In this document: positions 29,109 to 39,286 of the stretch, piece by piece
How the letters are laid out: each line of letters begins with the position of its first letter
Position numbering within the stretch: the first letter of the stretch is position 1
IMG/VR virus record: IMGVR_UViG_3300028800_000003
Coordinates: 1-64,000 of that record
Strand: one strand, 5' to 3'
Source: a virus
DNA length: 64,000 nt
The notes under the pieces: generated by a model
The model's input: the letters and a program-made list of their open reading frames with translations, nothing else
Told to the model about the DNA's origin: nothing
The model's database searches: none
Position numbers and translations under genes: made by a program

Positions 29109-29755
29109 GCCGCCTCCAGGAGTGGCACGGCGAACTTGTCGACCTCATTGCCCCAACAATCCCAGCCGAAACGACGCTCCCGAGCGAATAGCTCGACGCG
29201 CGGGCCTGGACAGAAACGTTCGATGCGAGCGAAGGCTTCGTCTGGCTTACGCGAATGCTCGCGTCGAGGTGCGAGGATAACCTCATGCACGTCGCGAGCC
29301 AGCCGCTGCGGCGCACCTGTGCGGAATAACAAACAATCTTCCGCATTTTTGCGAGTGCCGTATCCCATTCCGGTGGTTAGCAACTCGCCGTCGGCGATCT
29401 CGCTGTAATCGAAAACGCATGCCTCCAAATGCTTTTTCAGTTTCATCCAGACGAACGCACGACCGGAATAGCGAGCGCCCCAGGCATTGGCGATCTCGTC
29501 CGGGCGACGGACTGTCTTCGATTTGCCGTTGCGGTACAGCTTCGGCGATGTCACCCAGAGGAATATCCAGGCGCCGTCAGGATGCAGCAAATCAGCAACC
29601 GGCAACGCCGCGATGTCAGCGTCAGTCATTCGCTTGTAATGCTGCGGGCGTCCTTTGGTGCCGGCTATGAACCGCGTCGGCGGATCGAGCAACACACAAC
29701 GATAGGCGTTGCGTCGCAGTCCAGCGAACGCATGACCAGGAGGGAGTGTTGTCAT
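29105..29755 (-). CDS. MT-A70 family adenine methyltransferase
   Basis: LLDPP, HY..M, FLWVT, TRKNAE.CLL, REHSRKP, ELFAR, WGNEV. Confidence 0.92.
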   Translation of the reverse strand: MTTLPPGHAFAGLRRNAYRCVLLDPPTRFIAGTKGRPQHYKRMTDADIAALPVADLLHPDGAWIFLWVTSPKLYRNGKSKTVRRPDEIANAWGARYSGRAFVWMKLKKHLEACVFDYSEIADGELLTTGMGYGTRKNAEDCLLFRTGAPQRLARDVHEVILAPRREHSRKPDEAFARIERFCPGPRVELFARERRFGWDCWGNEVDKFAVPLLEAA

Positions 29756-30075
29756 GCGAATGCTTCGGCTTCTTCTGTGACGCCAGCGGCAACCCGCAAT
29801 TTATCGATAGCGTCGAGTCCAGCGGTAGTGGCGCGCCACACCTGCACGCGCACGCGGCCAGATTTTTTCATCCCGATAGGCTCGACAAAACCCAGTCGCC
29901 ACAGCTCACAACGGCGCGCACTGACAGTCTTGCGCTTCATTCTGTATTGATCGCAGATGTCTCCATCCGACAATTGCTCGCCATCGGCGAAAGCCAGCAT
30001 CACGGCCTTGCGTCCAGGCCCCCACGCTTCCTTATTGTCGGCATAGAATTTCGATGCAGTGATTAGCTCGCTCAT
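29752..30075 (-). CDS. Winged-HTH protein
   Basis: TVSARRCELWRLGFVE...SGR. Confidence 0.65.
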   Translation of the reverse strand: MSELITASKFYADNKEAWGPGRKAVMLAFADGEQLSDGDICDQYRMKRKTVSARRCELWRLGFVEPIGMKKSGRVRVQVWRATTAGLDAIDKLRVAAGVTEEAEAFA

Positions 30076-30446
30076 TGCTGCTGGCCTTCGTTACGTTGGT
30101 CCTCTCCAAACAATTCGCGCTCCCAGCCGCCGCCGTTTTTCTTGGCGCGCACCTTTATGGCGATGAAGCGGAATGGGTAAAGCGAAGCCGCGACCTTGAT
30201 CTTGACGCGCGCGTCGTCTTCCCAGAAGCCTTTCACCTCGTGACATTCCAGCACACCATCGGATGCCATGACGGCAAAGTCAGGCGTGTAGAATGTGTTG
30301 TCAGCGAGCCGCAGTTTGATGCCTTCAAACTTGTGCCAGAGCACGCGGCCGGCATACGTCTCGGCTTTCAGATGGGCGTCATACGCCGTTTCTGTTTTGT
30401 TCATTTGCCCAGCCGGAAGCCGGCCGAGTGCGAAGCGTTTGAACAT
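30072..30446 (-). CDS. DUF1064-type PD-(D/E)XK endonuclease
   Basis: MNKTE..Y, YTPDF, HEVKG. Confidence 0.85.
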   Translation of the reverse strand: MFKRFALGRLPAGQMNKTETAYDAHLKAETYAGRVLWHKFEGIKLRLADNTFYTPDFAVMASDGVLECHEVKGFWEDDARVKIKVAASLYPFRFIAIKVRAKKNGGGWERELFGEDQRNEGQQQ

Positions 30447-30473
30447 CAGCGATTTCTCTTGTGATTGATCAGG

Positions 30474-31052
30474 TCAGACCAATTCCATCTCGAATGGTTC
30501 TGGGAAATTTTTTGGAATCGGCGTCACGTTATTGCGAGAAATCTTTGCGCGTGGACGATGTCCGACGCCAAGGCGAGTTTGGCGATTGCGATGAATTGGA
30601 TGTTTCTTCGCAGTGCCCTCGGCAACGCGCTCAAAATGACGATCGCGCGCAACCTTGTTGCGGGTACGACGGCCAATCACAGTCTCGCTTGGCGACGGCG
30701 CGCGCAAAATAAGCATCTGAGATTTGAGCGCTTTGTTCTGGTCAAAAGAATCACGCACATGACCGGCTTGACCAGAAACAATGAAATGAACCGCATGCGC
30801 TGGCTTTAGGTCGGTGGCGGCGAAAACAACGTAAGCATCGCGACCGGAGCCGACATATGCCTCAATGACCTTATCGTCGCGCTTCAACCCCAAGGCTTCA
30901 ATGCAACGATACGGGTCGGCGATGACGGCGCGTTTCTGGTCCGTGCGATACGCCTTAAAGGCGGTGTTGTAGGTTGCCTCCTCCAATGGGTAGACAGTGC
31001 CATCCTGCCCTGTGTAGGTAAGTGCCTTCGGTTTAGTCATAGTGCTCCTCAT
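30474..31052 (-). CDS. Hypothetical protein
   Basis: ORF; probable start at 31040 after GAGGAG. Confidence 0.65.
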   Translation of the reverse strand: MRSTMTKPKALTYTGQDGTVYPLEEATYNTAFKAYRTDQKRAVIADPYRCIEALGLKRDDKVIEAYVGSGRDAYVVFAATDLKPAHAVHFIVSGQAGHVRDSFDQNKALKSQMLILRAPSPSETVIGRRTRNKVARDRHFERVAEGTAKKHPIHRNRQTRLGVGHRPRAKISRNNVTPIPKNFPEPFEMELV

Positions 31053-31079
31053 GAGGATTCGGGGTTTTGCAGTTTTTTT

Positions 31080-31586
31080 TCAGCGATCATCTAACTTTTG
31101 GGCCAACTGCATGAGCCCGTCGGCAACAAGCATAAGCGCATCGTGCATCATTTCTTTTGCCTCTGTGCTTGTGTTGTTAGATGAAATCCACTCGTCGAGT
31201 TTTTTCTCGAATTTGTTGTAGAACGTCATCAGTTCACGTTGATGTTCGTTGGCGACTTTGCGTTGTTCGTCGCTTTTTGATTCTGGCTTTGGATTTGGCT
31301 TCTGTGGCAATCTGCGCGTCCTGCCGTCCTTGCCGGTGCGCTTCGCAACTGCCCCATTTGGGGCAGTTGAATTACGGACGCGGCGCACGGTCTCACGACC
31401 GACGCCGATCTCCGCAGCGATAACGCGATCAGACTTTTTCGGACTATCCGCGTCCGCGATTGCCTTGGCGGCAAGATCACGGGGGCGCACATACTCCACA
31501 CCACAATTGCATCCTGCACGGGCCTCGGCGCGACATTCCGGGCAGATCATTCCGACAATGGAGCCCTGATAGCGCAGAGACATCAC
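31080..31586 (-). CDS. HTH protein with an N-terminal Zn ribbon
   Basis: CPEC..CNCG; SDRVIAAEIGVGRETVRRVR; RTGKDGR. Confidence 0.75.
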   Translation of the reverse strand: MMSLRYQGSIVGMICPECRAEARAGCNCGVEYVRPRDLAAKAIADADSPKKSDRVIAAEIGVGRETVRRVRNSTAPNGAVAKRTGKDGRTRRLPQKPNPKPESKSDEQRKVANEHQRELMTFYNKFEKKLDEWISSNNTSTEAKEMMHDALMLVADGLMQLAQKLDDR

Positions 31587-32143
31587 GCCGCCTCCGCAAG
31601 CACAGCCTCGCGCATCACGCGATCGACCTGGCTGAACAAACGATTCAGATTGCCGTCGTTGCTGATCAGCAAGTCGAACGGCAGGTCATAAGATTCGGAT
31701 GGATGTTGGCCGACGTTCAAGGCGTTGCCCGGCCGGACGATCTTGAAGATGACGCCGCCGACATCGCGGATCGCCTCGACCTCGTGCGGGAAGCGAACAT
31801 CCTCGGTGACAAGGCAGACGTGCGCCGGGCGATTGCGGGCACGATCGAGCCAGATGTTTGACCACAGCTTGACGCCGATCAGGTTGCGCCACTCGGTGCC
31901 GAGTGTCTGCATGGCGTAGCGCGGGGTCTTGCCGCACAGCAGATCGCAGGAAACCTCTTTCAGGTCGCCTTCGATATGTCGGTCGGTGAGCCCGATCGCC
32001 CGCAGCATGTCCTTGAGCGGGCCGGACATGCGCTGGCGCCGAAATTGATATTGATCCACGAGATACGACGCGACGGTCGACTTGCCGCAACCGGCGCGAC
32101 CTGTCAGACCGATGACGCGAATAGGGGTTGATGCGGCGAACAT
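31583..32143 (-). CDS. Deoxynucleoside monophosphate kinase
   Basis: IGLTGRAGCGKST, TPRYAMQTLGTEW, DVRFPHE, HPSE. Confidence 0.92.
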   Translation of the reverse strand: MFAASTPIRVIGLTGRAGCGKSTVASYLVDQYQFRRQRMSGPLKDMLRAIGLTDRHIEGDLKEVSCDLLCGKTPRYAMQTLGTEWRNLIGVKLWSNIWLDRARNRPAHVCLVTEDVRFPHEVEAIRDVGGVIFKIVRPGNALNVGQHPSESYDLPFDLLISNDGNLNRLFSQVDRVMREAVLAEAA

Positions 32144-32529
32144 GCGCCACGCCTCCGTGCTGTCCGCAACTTGTCGTTTTGTGCTGCGGTTATTGAGATA
32201 AGGGGTTGATTTATCTTGATTTTTTGATTTTCGGCGTCGATTTTAGGACTGTTAATCCTCCTCAAAAGTTGTTTGTTCCTGGGCGTCTGCCTTAGTTTCG
32301 GCGCATCCTGCGATCAGCCTTTTCCGCAGTGGTGGAAGGGGTTCCCAGATAGCCGCAGTGCCTCCCGCGGATGCCGGATAACCTCTTGCGACATTGACAT
32401 TGAAGCCATTCGGCTTAGGTTCCGTCATTAAGTCGCCGCATTGATCGGCGGCGAATCAGGTGGTGGCCGTCTGGCGGCCGGATCGAAATAAGCGCAACGG
32501 TTGTCGGACTGGGGTTGACTCAGGTCTCA

Positions 32530-32549
32530 TAACCGCAATGATGCGGTTA
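32530..32549. promoter_or_regulatory. Operator-like palindrome TAACCGCA-N4-TGCGGTTA overlapping a leftward promoter
   Basis: Perfect 8-bp arms between the divergent replication operon and the repressor; minus-strand TTGACA at 32563-32568. Confidence 0.7.
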
Positions 32550-32611
32550 GGTGCGGAATGGTGTCAAGCGAAATTTTGTGTCCTGTCGTAGATCAGCATC
32601 GGGGGGTGCCA

Positions 32612-33439
32612 ATGAAAAAAGTGAAAATCGTAAAAATGGTGCGTAAGCGTAAACAGTTTTTCCTGAGCGACCTGCTTGCAACGTATCAGGTCGATCCTTC
32701 ACTGAGACCGGATCACATCAAGAATATCCTGTCGCGCATCTATCATCAGGCTAACGTGCTCGGCATCGACAGCGAGCGCGCCATCTCGAATATGGCAACC
32801 GGATCGCCTGACACTGTGCGATCGATGCGGCGGCAATACGAAACCGGCAAACAGCACAGTGCTGACACATCGACATTGCAGCAACTCGCCGTGCCGCTGC
32901 GCGTCAACGTGAAATGGCTGCAATTCGGCATGGGACCGCGCGAAGCATCCGCGGAACATTCGACGGCATCATCGCCCATGCGCACCATTCCGCGAGGCCA
33001 TATCGCAGACGGCGTGCCTGCGCTCCAGGTGCGCGGCACTGTCGTCGTCGACGGCTGGTTTGGTGAAGGCGCCGGCCAGGTTGCCGCCGGCAACGCACCG
33101 CCACCTGATCCGGCGTTCGCACCGAGCGCACAATTCGCGCTCCTGGTCGGCGACGATTCGGTGAATCGCTTTGCGCAATCCGGCGACTATCTGATTGCCA
33201 TTGATCCCAGCGTGGTCAAGGTCGAGCCGGCCGAACATCTCGTTGTCGTCTCGCGCATGATGAAGGACACCAACTTGCGCGAACTGACAGTGCGACGCGC
33301 GACGCCCAATGGAACTGATCTGGTGCTGCGTTACGAGTCGAACGAGATGCGGTTCAAGGAGAAGCCGGAACCGCATATCAGCGAGCCCGGCATCAGCATC
33401 GTCGGCGTGGTGATTGCGGTCTACCGCCGCGTTGCCTGA
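32612..33439 (+). CDS. CI-like repressor (HTH plus S24/LexA-like C-terminal domain)
   Basis: TLQQLA..LRVNVKWLQFGMG; FALLVGDDSVNR...GDYLI; IVGVVI; divergent position. Confidence 0.75.
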   Translation: MKKVKIVKMVRKRKQFFLSDLLATYQVDPSLRPDHIKNILSRIYHQANVLGIDSERAISNMATGSPDTVRSMRRQYETGKQHSADTSTLQQLAVPLRVNVKWLQFGMGPREASAEHSTASSPMRTIPRGHIADGVPALQVRGTVVVDGWFGEGAGQVAAGNAPPPDPAFAPSAQFALLVGDDSVNRFAQSGDYLIAIDPSVVKVEPAEHLVVVSRMMKDTNLRELTVRRATPNGTDLVLRYESNEMRFKEKPEPHISEPGISIVGVVIAVYRRVA

Positions 33440-33600
33440 TTTACGATCTTCGCCTTTGGTTTCATCCTGTGACAATCCGCCGCAAGGTTACGTGCGTCAT
33501 CTGACACGGTTATAGTGTTGCCGGTTCCAGTGTCACGGCGTATGTTTCAACTTGAACACCTTGTTTCGGAAAATTAACCACGAATTCCAAGAGGCCTGGA

Positions 33601-34029
33601 ATGTCTACGTTGCGTCATGGCGATGCCATTGTCGTCACTCGCCCCATTGTGCTGCCATATGCGTCAATAGCGCGCGGTGAACGCGCTCACGTCGTCGACA
33701 TCGACCCGGAAAACGGAGGCGTTGTCGCGCAACTCGATCGCCCACATCCCGATCTGGTTCCTAACCGCAACATGATCTTCATTGCCCCGGACAGTGAGGA
33801 TGTCGCCCGCCTCGTTCCGGCCCGCACGCGCTATCTCACCATCGGCACAATGGCCGCTTGTGTCGCGCTCTTTTCCTGCCTGACCGTCTTCGAGAACATA
33901 AAGCCGGCCGCAGCCGGCGCTGCCGATCTTGCCACCAAGGCGTGCGCGGTCGACCCTCTCCACCTCGCCAACCTACCCATCACCGCAACGGTTAATGACA
34001 TCGACCAGGGCGGGGCTGACCCCGACTGA
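33601..34029 (+). CDS. Hypothetical membrane-anchored protein
   Basis: GAGG RBS; one hydrophobic helix. Confidence 0.55.
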   Translation: MSTLRHGDAIVVTRPIVLPYASIARGERAHVVDIDPENGGVVAQLDRPHPDLVPNRNMIFIAPDSEDVARLVPARTRYLTIGTMAACVALFSCLTVFENIKPAAAGAADLATKACAVDPLHLANLPITATVNDIDQGGADPD

Positions 34030-34037
34030 ACTTTATT

Positions 34038-34078
34038 TAACCGCGGTTATTGACGGTTAGCCGAGAAGGGCTCATATA
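34038..34078 (+). promoter_or_regulatory. Promoter with a TAACCGCGGTTA palindrome abutting the -35 box
   Basis: TTGACG-N17-CATATA. Confidence 0.7.
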
Positions 34079-34103
34079 AGTCCCGAACCATTCGGGATTT
34101 GAT

Positions 34104-34460
34104 GTGCCTTTCTTCGCGCCAGCACGAGTCCGTCGCAGCCGCATCATCGCCACGGCATCGAGCCCGCTTGTCCTGTCTATCGGACTGAGCGCGGATTTGA
34201 CTGTCAGGTTGAACGCGGCGTCAGGCCGCGTCGTGCTTGCTGGCTTTGATCGCAATGTGTTGCGGCTGCGGCGTGCCCGCAGCAATGACACGGCGATCCT
34301 GCGCACATTCCAAATCACCAAGGAACGCTACGGCCTCAACGTGCGGTGCATGGCGCTGCCGCGCGGCGTCGTCGTGCCAGAGGGACGCCTGATGTTGGCG
34401 CACCGCTGGCACGGCGATGTTTTGCTGATCGATCTGACACGTATTCAAGGATCACCGTGA
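34104..34460 (+). CDS. Hypothetical protein
   Basis: First ORF after the promoter, coupled to Gp157. Confidence 0.5.
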   Translation: MPFFAPARVRRSRIIATASSPLVLSIGLSADLTVRLNAASGRVVLAGFDRNVLRLRRARSNDTAILRTFQITKERYGLNVRCMALPRGVVVPEGRLMLAHRWHGDVLLIDLTRIQGSP

Positions 34461-35176
34461 TGAATGAACGTCCAGACCAATTGCATATGGCGGTTGAAGC
34501 CGCGCGCACCCTCCGCGGCGAGATCGCGAAGCTGATCGTTGCTGACAAGGTCGAAGCCGGCGAGATCGGCCCCGAAGACGCGCAAACTATCCAAGACACC
34601 TTCGACGGCGAAACCACGCTGGAGATCGAACTGGCGCGTGCAATCGAGGCCGAAGACGACGACACAATCCTGGTCACCGGCATCACCACGCGCATCAACG
34701 AACTGACAAACCGGCGCGACCGCATCAAAAAGCGCATCGCCGCACGCCGCGGCCTGATCGAACAGGCGATGACGGTTGCCGAATGGCCGAAGCATGAAAC
34801 GCCGCTCGGCACGTTGTCGATGGCAAAATCCCCAGACACCGTTGAGGTCGACGACGAGGCGTCGATCCCGTCGCAATTCTGGAAGCCGGCCGATCCGGTG
34901 CTCGACCGAAAAGGTCTCGGCGATTCGCTCAAGACTTTTCACAAGTCGGTGCAACACGCCAGTGGCATCAAGGATGTTGGCGAGCGCGCCAGCGCCTTGC
35001 TCGATCTGGCGCGGCTACTGCCGCAACAGCATCAGGACATCGTCACGAAGGCGCAAGGCATCAATGATCATGCCGAGCGCGCCGATGCACTGGCCTCGAT
35101 CCTCAACCGATGCTCGCCGGTTCAGGGCGCCCACCTCGATCTTGGCGGCAAGCATCTCGTTATTCGCCGCAAATAA
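34460..35176 (+). CDS. Siphovirus Gp157-like protein with a helical insertion
   Basis: DTFDGET...TP.GTLS...DEASIPSQFWK..DP.LDRK...VQGAHL..G..LVIR. Confidence 0.8.
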   Translation: MNERPDQLHMAVEAARTLRGEIAKLIVADKVEAGEIGPEDAQTIQDTFDGETTLEIELARAIEAEDDDTILVTGITTRINELTNRRDRIKKRIAARRGLIEQAMTVAEWPKHETPLGTLSMAKSPDTVEVDDEASIPSQFWKPADPVLDRKGLGDSLKTFHKSVQHASGIKDVGERASALLDLARLLPQQHQDIVTKAQGINDHAERADALASILNRCSPVQGAHLDLGGKHLVIRRK

Positions 35177-35219
35177 AAGCTGTTCGAGCGTAGCAAATAA
35201 ACCAGCGTAGGAAATAAAA

Positions 35220-36158
35220 ATGAACGCACTGACCAAGATCGAGACCGGCACCGCAATCGCGACCTGGACTCCGCGGCAGCTCGAAACCATCAAACGCACC
35301 GTCGCCCGCGACACCAGTGACGACGAATTCAACCTGTTCATCGAATACGCCAAGGTGAAAGGCCTCGACCCGTTTTCGCGGCAGGTCATCGCGATCATCT
35401 TTAACAAGGACAAGCCTGAAAAACGGCAGATGACCATCATCACCACGCAAGAGGGCTTGCGGGTGATGGCGGCGCGCTGCGGCGACTACCGCCCGGCCGA
35501 GGAGGAACCGGCCTATGAGTATGGCGCTGAGAAGACAGGGACCAATCCGCTCGGTCTCGTCAAATGCACCGTGAAACTGTGGAAGCAAGACCCGCGCACC
35601 AATCAATGGTTCCCGGTCAGCGGCACGGCGTATTGGGACGAACACGCTCCGATCAAGGAGGAGTGGGCCTGGAACGAACAGGCCAACAAACGCAAGCCGA
35701 CCGGCAAGCTGATCGTCGAAGACAACTGGAGAAAGATGGGCCGCTTGATGCTGGCGAAATGCGCCACCACGCAAGCGCTCCGCGCCGGCTGGCCGGCGAC
35801 GTTCTCCGGTGTGTACGGCGAGGAGGAAATGGATCGCGCCATCACCGACGATCGCACCGCTTCCGAAATCGTCGCGATGGAAGCCGAGGTTCGGCGCGCC
35901 AAGGCCATCGGCATGTCCGACGATGAATATCCCTTCGTCGACGACCAGGGCAACATGCACTTCATCCCCGCCGGCGAATACGGCGATCGACTTATCGAGG
36001 AAGCGCGCGCCTACAAGACGGCAGAGCCGTTGCAGGCGATGATCGTGCGCAACCGCGAGGGCTTCAATCGCTTCTGGGCGAAGCACAAGTCCGACGCCCT
36101 TGAGGTCAAGCGCTCGCTGGAAGGCATTGGCGAGAAGCTGTCCAAGGTGGCGGCGTGA
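35220..36158 (+). CDS. bet: Bet/RecT ssDNA-annealing recombinase
   Basis: GLDPFSRQV, GLRVMAAR.GDY, W.KM...ML.KCA..QALRAGWP.TFSGVY..EEMD. Confidence 0.92.
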   Translation: MNALTKIETGTAIATWTPRQLETIKRTVARDTSDDEFNLFIEYAKVKGLDPFSRQVIAIIFNKDKPEKRQMTIITTQEGLRVMAARCGDYRPAEEEPAYEYGAEKTGTNPLGLVKCTVKLWKQDPRTNQWFPVSGTAYWDEHAPIKEEWAWNEQANKRKPTGKLIVEDNWRKMGRLMLAKCATTQALRAGWPATFSGVYGEEEMDRAITDDRTASEIVAMEAEVRRAKAIGMSDDEYPFVDDQGNMHFIPAGEYGDRLIEEARAYKTAEPLQAMIVRNREGFNRFWAKHKSDALEVKRSLEGIGEKLSKVAA

Positions 36159-36159
36159 T

Positions 36160-36333
36160 ATGCCCGACACCGATCTGAAACGCCGCCAGGAGGCGGGCGC
36201 GAGATTCGAGCAAAAGATGCTCGACTTTCTGCTGCAATACAACCCGACGCACGACCTGAAAGTGATCGACGTGATTGCCATCGCGTCGGCTGCCCGGCGA
36301 CTCGCCTTTGAAGAATTCTCCGAGGGTCGCTGA
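36160..36333 (+). CDS. Hypothetical protein
   Basis: Short ORF in operon. Confidence 0.5.
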   Translation: MPDTDLKRRQEAGARFEQKMLDFLLQYNPTHDLKVIDVIAIASAARRLAFEEFSEGR

Positions 36334-36582
36334 ATGTTTGTCGATCTGGACAAGAGAACCCAGCACGCCGCACAACTAAAACGCGGCCTGGAACGTCTCG
36401 GGCCGAATTTCGTCGCCACCATCTGTTATTGGTGTGACGGTACGACGACTCACAATTTCGAGCACTGCCATGTTTGCGGCGCCGGCAAGTTCTACGGCAC
36501 GTCGCTCGGCCTCCTGATCAACAATAAGCCAGCGCCTGACAGCGTCGTCAATCAGGTGCTTGTCGCAGGCGAGGCCGCATGA
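36334..36582 (+). CDS. Zn-finger-like hypothetical protein
   Basis: CYWCDG...CHVCG. Confidence 0.55.
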   Translation: MFVDLDKRTQHAAQLKRGLERLGPNFVATICYWCDGTTTHNFEHCHVCGAGKFYGTSLGLLINNKPAPDSVVNQVLVAGEAA

Positions 36583-36777
36583 ATGTGCCAGGGCAGCCTT
36601 TTTCATAAATGGTCGGACTGGATTTACCCGCCGAGCAACGCGACTGAGGCCATCGACAAATTCGGCATGGCCATCGCGCCTATCGAGTCGAAGCTGTTTG
36701 ATCGGTGGATCGAAAAGGTCCGCATTTGCTGCAAGTGCAGCAACGTTCAGGTTCGATACATCCCGGACGGTCACTGA
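36583..36777 (+). CDS. Hypothetical protein
   Basis: C....H.W...RICCKC pattern. Confidence 0.5.
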   Translation: MCQGSLFHKWSDWIYPPSNATEAIDKFGMAIAPIESKLFDRWIEKVRICCKCSNVQVRYIPDGH

Positions 36778-37469
36778 TGAAGCCACTCGGCCGCAAAAAC
36801 TACGGCTCGATTGCGCATCTACCATGTAGTCGCATGGGGCCGGCAGACCATGCGTGTCACGCCGGTCAAGCACGTATCGCCACCGAGAAGGCGCGCGATC
36901 GACACGACCTGATCATCGTAACCGAGAAGCTGGACGGCTCCAACGTCGGCATCGCAAACGTCGACGGCGTGATCTACGCAATCGGGCGCGCCGGTCACCT
37001 TGCGCAAACGTCGCCGTATGAACAGCATCAACTATTCGCGGACTGGGTAAGGCAAGACGAGCAGCGCTGGCGCGATGCGCTGCCCGCCGGCTGCCGGCTG
37101 GTCGGGGAATGGCTCGCGCAGGCTCACGGCACGCGCTACAGCCTGCCGCGAGGCCCATTCGTGGCATTCGATTTGATGTACGGCGATACCCGCACATCCT
37201 TCTCCAGTCTCCGCGCTCATTGCCAGACATTCGGCATTCCGATGCCGAAGCTGCTCCATCTCGGAGGTCCGCTTTCCGTCGAGGCAGCAATGGCGCTGCA
37301 CGGATGCGGCGACCACGGCTGTCTCGATGAACCGGAAGGCGCGGTCTGGCGCGTCGAGCGCCGCGGCGAATTCGATTTCATGTGCAAGTGGGTGCGCCCC
37401 GATAAGGTCGACGGCAAATTTCTGCCGGAGATTTCCGGTGGCGCGCCAATCTGGAATTGGCGACCATGA
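36777..37469 (+). CDS. RNA ligase family nucleotidyltransferase
   Basis: Motif I TEKLDGSN, GEW, FVAFD, EGAVWR, KWV. Confidence 0.85.
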   Translation: MKPLGRKNYGSIAHLPCSRMGPADHACHAGQARIATEKARDRHDLIIVTEKLDGSNVGIANVDGVIYAIGRAGHLAQTSPYEQHQLFADWVRQDEQRWRDALPAGCRLVGEWLAQAHGTRYSLPRGPFVAFDLMYGDTRTSFSSLRAHCQTFGIPMPKLLHLGGPLSVEAAMALHGCGDHGCLDEPEGAVWRVERRGEFDFMCKWVRPDKVDGKFLPEISGGAPIWNWRP

Positions 37470-38200
37470 CTAAAAAGGGCTCTGAATTCCCGCCGCTCCT
37501 GATGGAGCGCGTCGCCAGGAAAATCGGCAACCAGACCTTCATCGGCTGGGTGCCGGCCGACCCAGTAAGCGCCGAGCGCATTTCCGAGCGCTACCGCGTC
37601 GGCGCCCAAGTCAATTTCACCACCTGGGAGGCGCGCGATCCGCGCAAGCTGCGCCTCTACTGGGCAATCCTGCAAGAGTGCGTCGCCAACGGCGAGAAAT
37701 ACGGCCGCGCCGAAGACCTGCACAACGCAGTCAAGATCGCGCTCGGCTATAAGCGCGAAATCCGCCTGCTCAATGTCGGCGAAACGTCATCGCTATTGAT
37801 GTCGCTTGGCGTCGTGCTCAACAAGATTCGCATGGTCTCGGAGAACAGCGACACCATTTTCGGCAAGCTGATCCGACCGTTGGTGAAACAGGCTTTCGAG
37901 ATCGCCGAGAAGGTCGGCGGCACGGTGAGCGACACCATCATCCTGCCGGGCTCGATCGCACTCGACAAGATGGACGAAGGCGAGTTCCGCATTTTCTTCG
38001 ACCGCGCAATGAACGAATTGCGTCGGGCTGGCTATCCCATCGATGAAATCATGGAAGCCAGCAAACAAAAACTCGCCCGAACTCGGGCGAGACAGACCCC
38101 TCCCCTCAATTACGGAGACAGCAACTATGGGCGAAGCCAAACGCCGCCGCGAGAAGATCGCGGAGTTAAAGACCCAGTCAGTAAAGAAGCAGCGGCATAA
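37466..38200 (+). CDS. DUF1367-like protein
   Basis: R....RLYWAIL...LH..VKI..G...PGSIA.DKMDEGEF..FF. Confidence 0.7.
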   Translation: MTKKGSEFPPLLMERVARKIGNQTFIGWVPADPVSAERISERYRVGAQVNFTTWEARDPRKLRLYWAILQECVANGEKYGRAEDLHNAVKIALGYKREIRLLNVGETSSLLMSLGVVLNKIRMVSENSDTIFGKLIRPLVKQAFEIAEKVGGTVSDTIILPGSIALDKMDEGEFRIFFDRAMNELRRAGYPIDEIMEASKQKLARTRARQTPPLNYGDSNYGRSQTPPREDRGVKDPVSKEAAA

Positions 38201-39059
38201 ACTGCGGCTGATGCCGGTCACGACACAGACCCAGCATCACTTCAAGAATCTGGCCGCCCGCAGCGAGGCGGATTTGAATGCCGGCCTGCCAGAGCGTTCC
38301 GCGTTCGCCTCACGCATCGAATATCGTCGCGCGCTGCATCTCTTTAATCCGGCCGTCGGCGCCGATCCGAAGCTGACCAAACAGATTCCAATCAAGGTCC
38401 GCGCTCATGCGTGGCATCCGCGTCCGCTCGACAAGCCGCCAGGCGCGATCCAACCGCTCGTCCTCGTTCCCGGCCGCAAGCTCGATCCCGATGAGCGGGT
38501 CATTCATCTCCAGGCCGTTGCCGGGTTTGCCTCTGCCGATCCGAAGCGACACCAGCAGGCGCATAATAAGATGCTCCGCATGTTGGACGTGCCGTGCGGC
38601 TTTCGCACGCCGTCTGCCAAGGCGAAGAACTGGCGCAGCACGTCGCTGATCGAACAGGCCTCGATCCGCGCCGGTCTCGCACCGGAGCGCGCGTTTGAAC
38701 CGTCGGCACGCGGTTTGAAAAAGCAGGAAGCCACACAACAGACCAAGGCGCTGATCCACCTGGAACGCCTGATGCGTGACAACGAAGCCCGCGCCATCCA
38801 GGCGCGCAATGATGATCAGAAAGCCAAGTGGTTTGTCGGCAAGGTCATGGCCGCCATGGAGGGCAGCATTAGCCATGAGTGGCTGGAGTCGATCGTGCCT
38901 GAGAAACTGACAGCATTCTACACCCGCCGCTTCAAATACATGAACGCTCCGCGTCGCGCGCGTTACGAATTGTTGCTTGCCGATGCCAAGGCGCGCCAGC
39001 GCGGCGAAAATCTCGACGGTTCGCCGCGGCGCGAGACGATCATGCGGGAAGCTGCGTGA
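38127..39059 (+). CDS. Hypothetical basic protein starting MGEAKRR
   Basis: GGAG RBS; long ORF. Confidence 0.65.
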   Translation: MGEAKRRREKIAELKTQSVKKQRHKLRLMPVTTQTQHHFKNLAARSEADLNAGLPERSAFASRIEYRRALHLFNPAVGADPKLTKQIPIKVRAHAWHPRPLDKPPGAIQPLVLVPGRKLDPDERVIHLQAVAGFASADPKRHQQAHNKMLRMLDVPCGFRTPSAKAKNWRSTSLIEQASIRAGLAPERAFEPSARGLKKQEATQQTKALIHLERLMRDNEARAIQARNDDQKAKWFVGKVMAAMEGSISHEWLESIVPEKLTAFYTRRFKYMNAPRRARYELLLADAKARQRGENLDGSPRRETIMREAA

Positions 39060-39286
39060 CCACGTTCATCACCATTAATAAGCACGTCATTGCGGCCAAT
39101 GCCAAGCATGGCCGTAATGACCCGCCGATCCGCGTCGCCAAGAGCAAAAACGGCAAGGCCGTCTATGCCCGCGGCGTGAAGATCAACGGACCCTCCGAGC
39201 TGATAAGCGGCGACGGCAAACCGGTCCTGAAATGCGGAGCGCGCATTGCGCTTGTTACCGACGCCGATGTCGAGGTGATCGCGTGA
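39056..39286 (+). CDS. Conserved small phage protein
   Basis: I.INKHVI..NAKHG...P...GP...KP.L.CGAR. Confidence 0.75.
   Translation: MTTFITINKHVIAANAKHGRNDPPIRVAKSKNGKAVYARGVKINGPSELISGDGKPVLKCGARIALVTDADVEVIA

Noticed and set aside
33572-33590. Possible self-target of unit U5 (AATTAACCACGAATTCCAA versus revcomp(B)+A = AATTAACACGAATGCCAG)
   Set aside because: It needs one gap and two mismatches, which is plausible by chance; I could not search exhaustively for real targets by eye.
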